NCBI GenBank assembly: GCA_040954595.2
Contig: CM082598.2
Location: 6,711,097-6,775,096, forward strand
Length of the DNA stretch: 64,000 nucleotides
Reading direction: 5' to 3'
Origin: Balanoglossus misakiensis
Taxonomy: Eukaryota > Animalia > Hemichordata
Shown: positions 63,101 through 64,000 of the stretch, piece after piece
Layout: every line of letters begins with the position of its first letter
Numbering within the stretch: the first letter of the stretch is position 1
Translations under genes and position numbers: made by a program
The notes under the pieces: model-generated
The model's input: only the letters and a program-made list of their open reading frames with translations
Databases searched by the model: none
What the model was told of the DNA's origin: nothing

Positions 63101-64000
63101 CAAATTGATTATAAATCCCTGGGTTAATACGTGTCCAAAAGCACTGTAATTTGACATTGCTTATGCAATTGTGACGCTAAAACTGATTCTTTGCATCAGG
63201 GCAAATTGTGAAGCATGCTTGATGATGCGTCAGAGTCAATTCCTGGGTTAATACGTGTCAAAAAGCACTGTAATTTGACATTGGTAATGCAACGGTGACA
63301 TTGAATCTGATTCTTTGCATCAGGGTAAATGGCGATGCAAGCTTGATGATGAATCACGGTAGATAGTGATGCAAACACTTCGCTTTGACATGGGTATTTA
63401 ATGCATATGGGGATTTCAAGTTAATTGTAAATCCCTGGGTTAATACGTGGCCAAACGCACTGTAATTTGACATTGCTAATGCAATGGTGACATTGAATGT
63501 AATTCTTTGCATTAGGGCAAATGGCGAAGCAAGCTTAATGATGGATCAGAGTAGATGGTCATGCAAGCTCTGCACTTTGACATAGGTATTTAATGTATTT
63601 GCATGGGTATTTAATGTTGACTGAAAATTCCTGGGTTAATACGTGTCCAAAAGCACTGTCATTTGACATTGCTAATGCAATGGTGACATTGAATGAGATT
63701 CTTTGCATCAGGGTAAATGGCAATGCAGGCTTGATGATGCATAATGGTAGAGAGTGATGAAAACACTTCGCTTTGACATGGGTATAAAATGCATATGGGG
63801 ATTTCAAGTTGATTATAAATCCCTCAGTTATTACGTGTCGAAAAGCACTGTAATTTAAAATTGCTAATGCGATGGTGACATTGAATCTGATTCTTTGCAT
63901 CAGGGCAAATAGTGAAGCATGCTTGATGATGCAAACACTGCATTTTGACATAGGTATTTAATGCATATGCATGGGTATTTGAAGTTGTCTGTAAATCTCC

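Larger units (their letters stand above)
43190..64000. repeat. Satellite array, ~192/196-bp monomers with 176-bp and ~124-bp deletion variants, organised in higher-order repeats; continues past the window end
   Basis: Anchor aaaagcactgtaatttgacattgctaatgc at 45238, 45429, 45621, 45817, 46009, 46185; periods 947, 1614, 1792, 1618, 1071, 1003 from repeated ORF-track entries. Confidence 0.97.

Noticed and set aside
43043-63951. Dozens of similar 60-140 aa ORFs in the satellite
   Set aside because: By-products of tandem repetition in several frames and strands; no domain or gene structure.

Overview
AT-rich, repeat-dominated eukaryotic DNA that looks like a marine invertebrate (inference from the transposon families present). 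No intact host gene is evident. 1-9 kb: spliced exons of a Q/P/S-rich protein gene on the + strand, with a tandem exon duplication, three apparent frameshifts and a premature stop (likely unprocessed pseudogene); the introns are full of MITEs and a long quasi-palindromic element. About 12-16 kb: nested transposon remnants and a 3' LINE fragment. About 16.5-40.6 kb: a macro-array of head-to-tail Helentron/HINE-derived ~0.8-0.9 kb units interleaved with five copies of an exon-like cargo segment (periods ~4.0, 4.84, 2.90 and 2.88 kb), with a piggyBac-type insertion and a complete HINE at the right end. 40.7-41.4 kb: minisatellite. 43.2-64 kb: a ~192-bp satellite with changing higher-order repeats (947 bp, ~1614 bp, ~1.0-1.07 kb), interrupted by a young RTE-group (RTEX-like) LINE with an 11-bp TSD and by a Kolobok-type element. 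Most notable: the LINE ORF1 carries a 2A/StopGo motif (DVEMNPGP) and is separated from ORF2 by a single in-frame UAG, suggesting double translational recoding.
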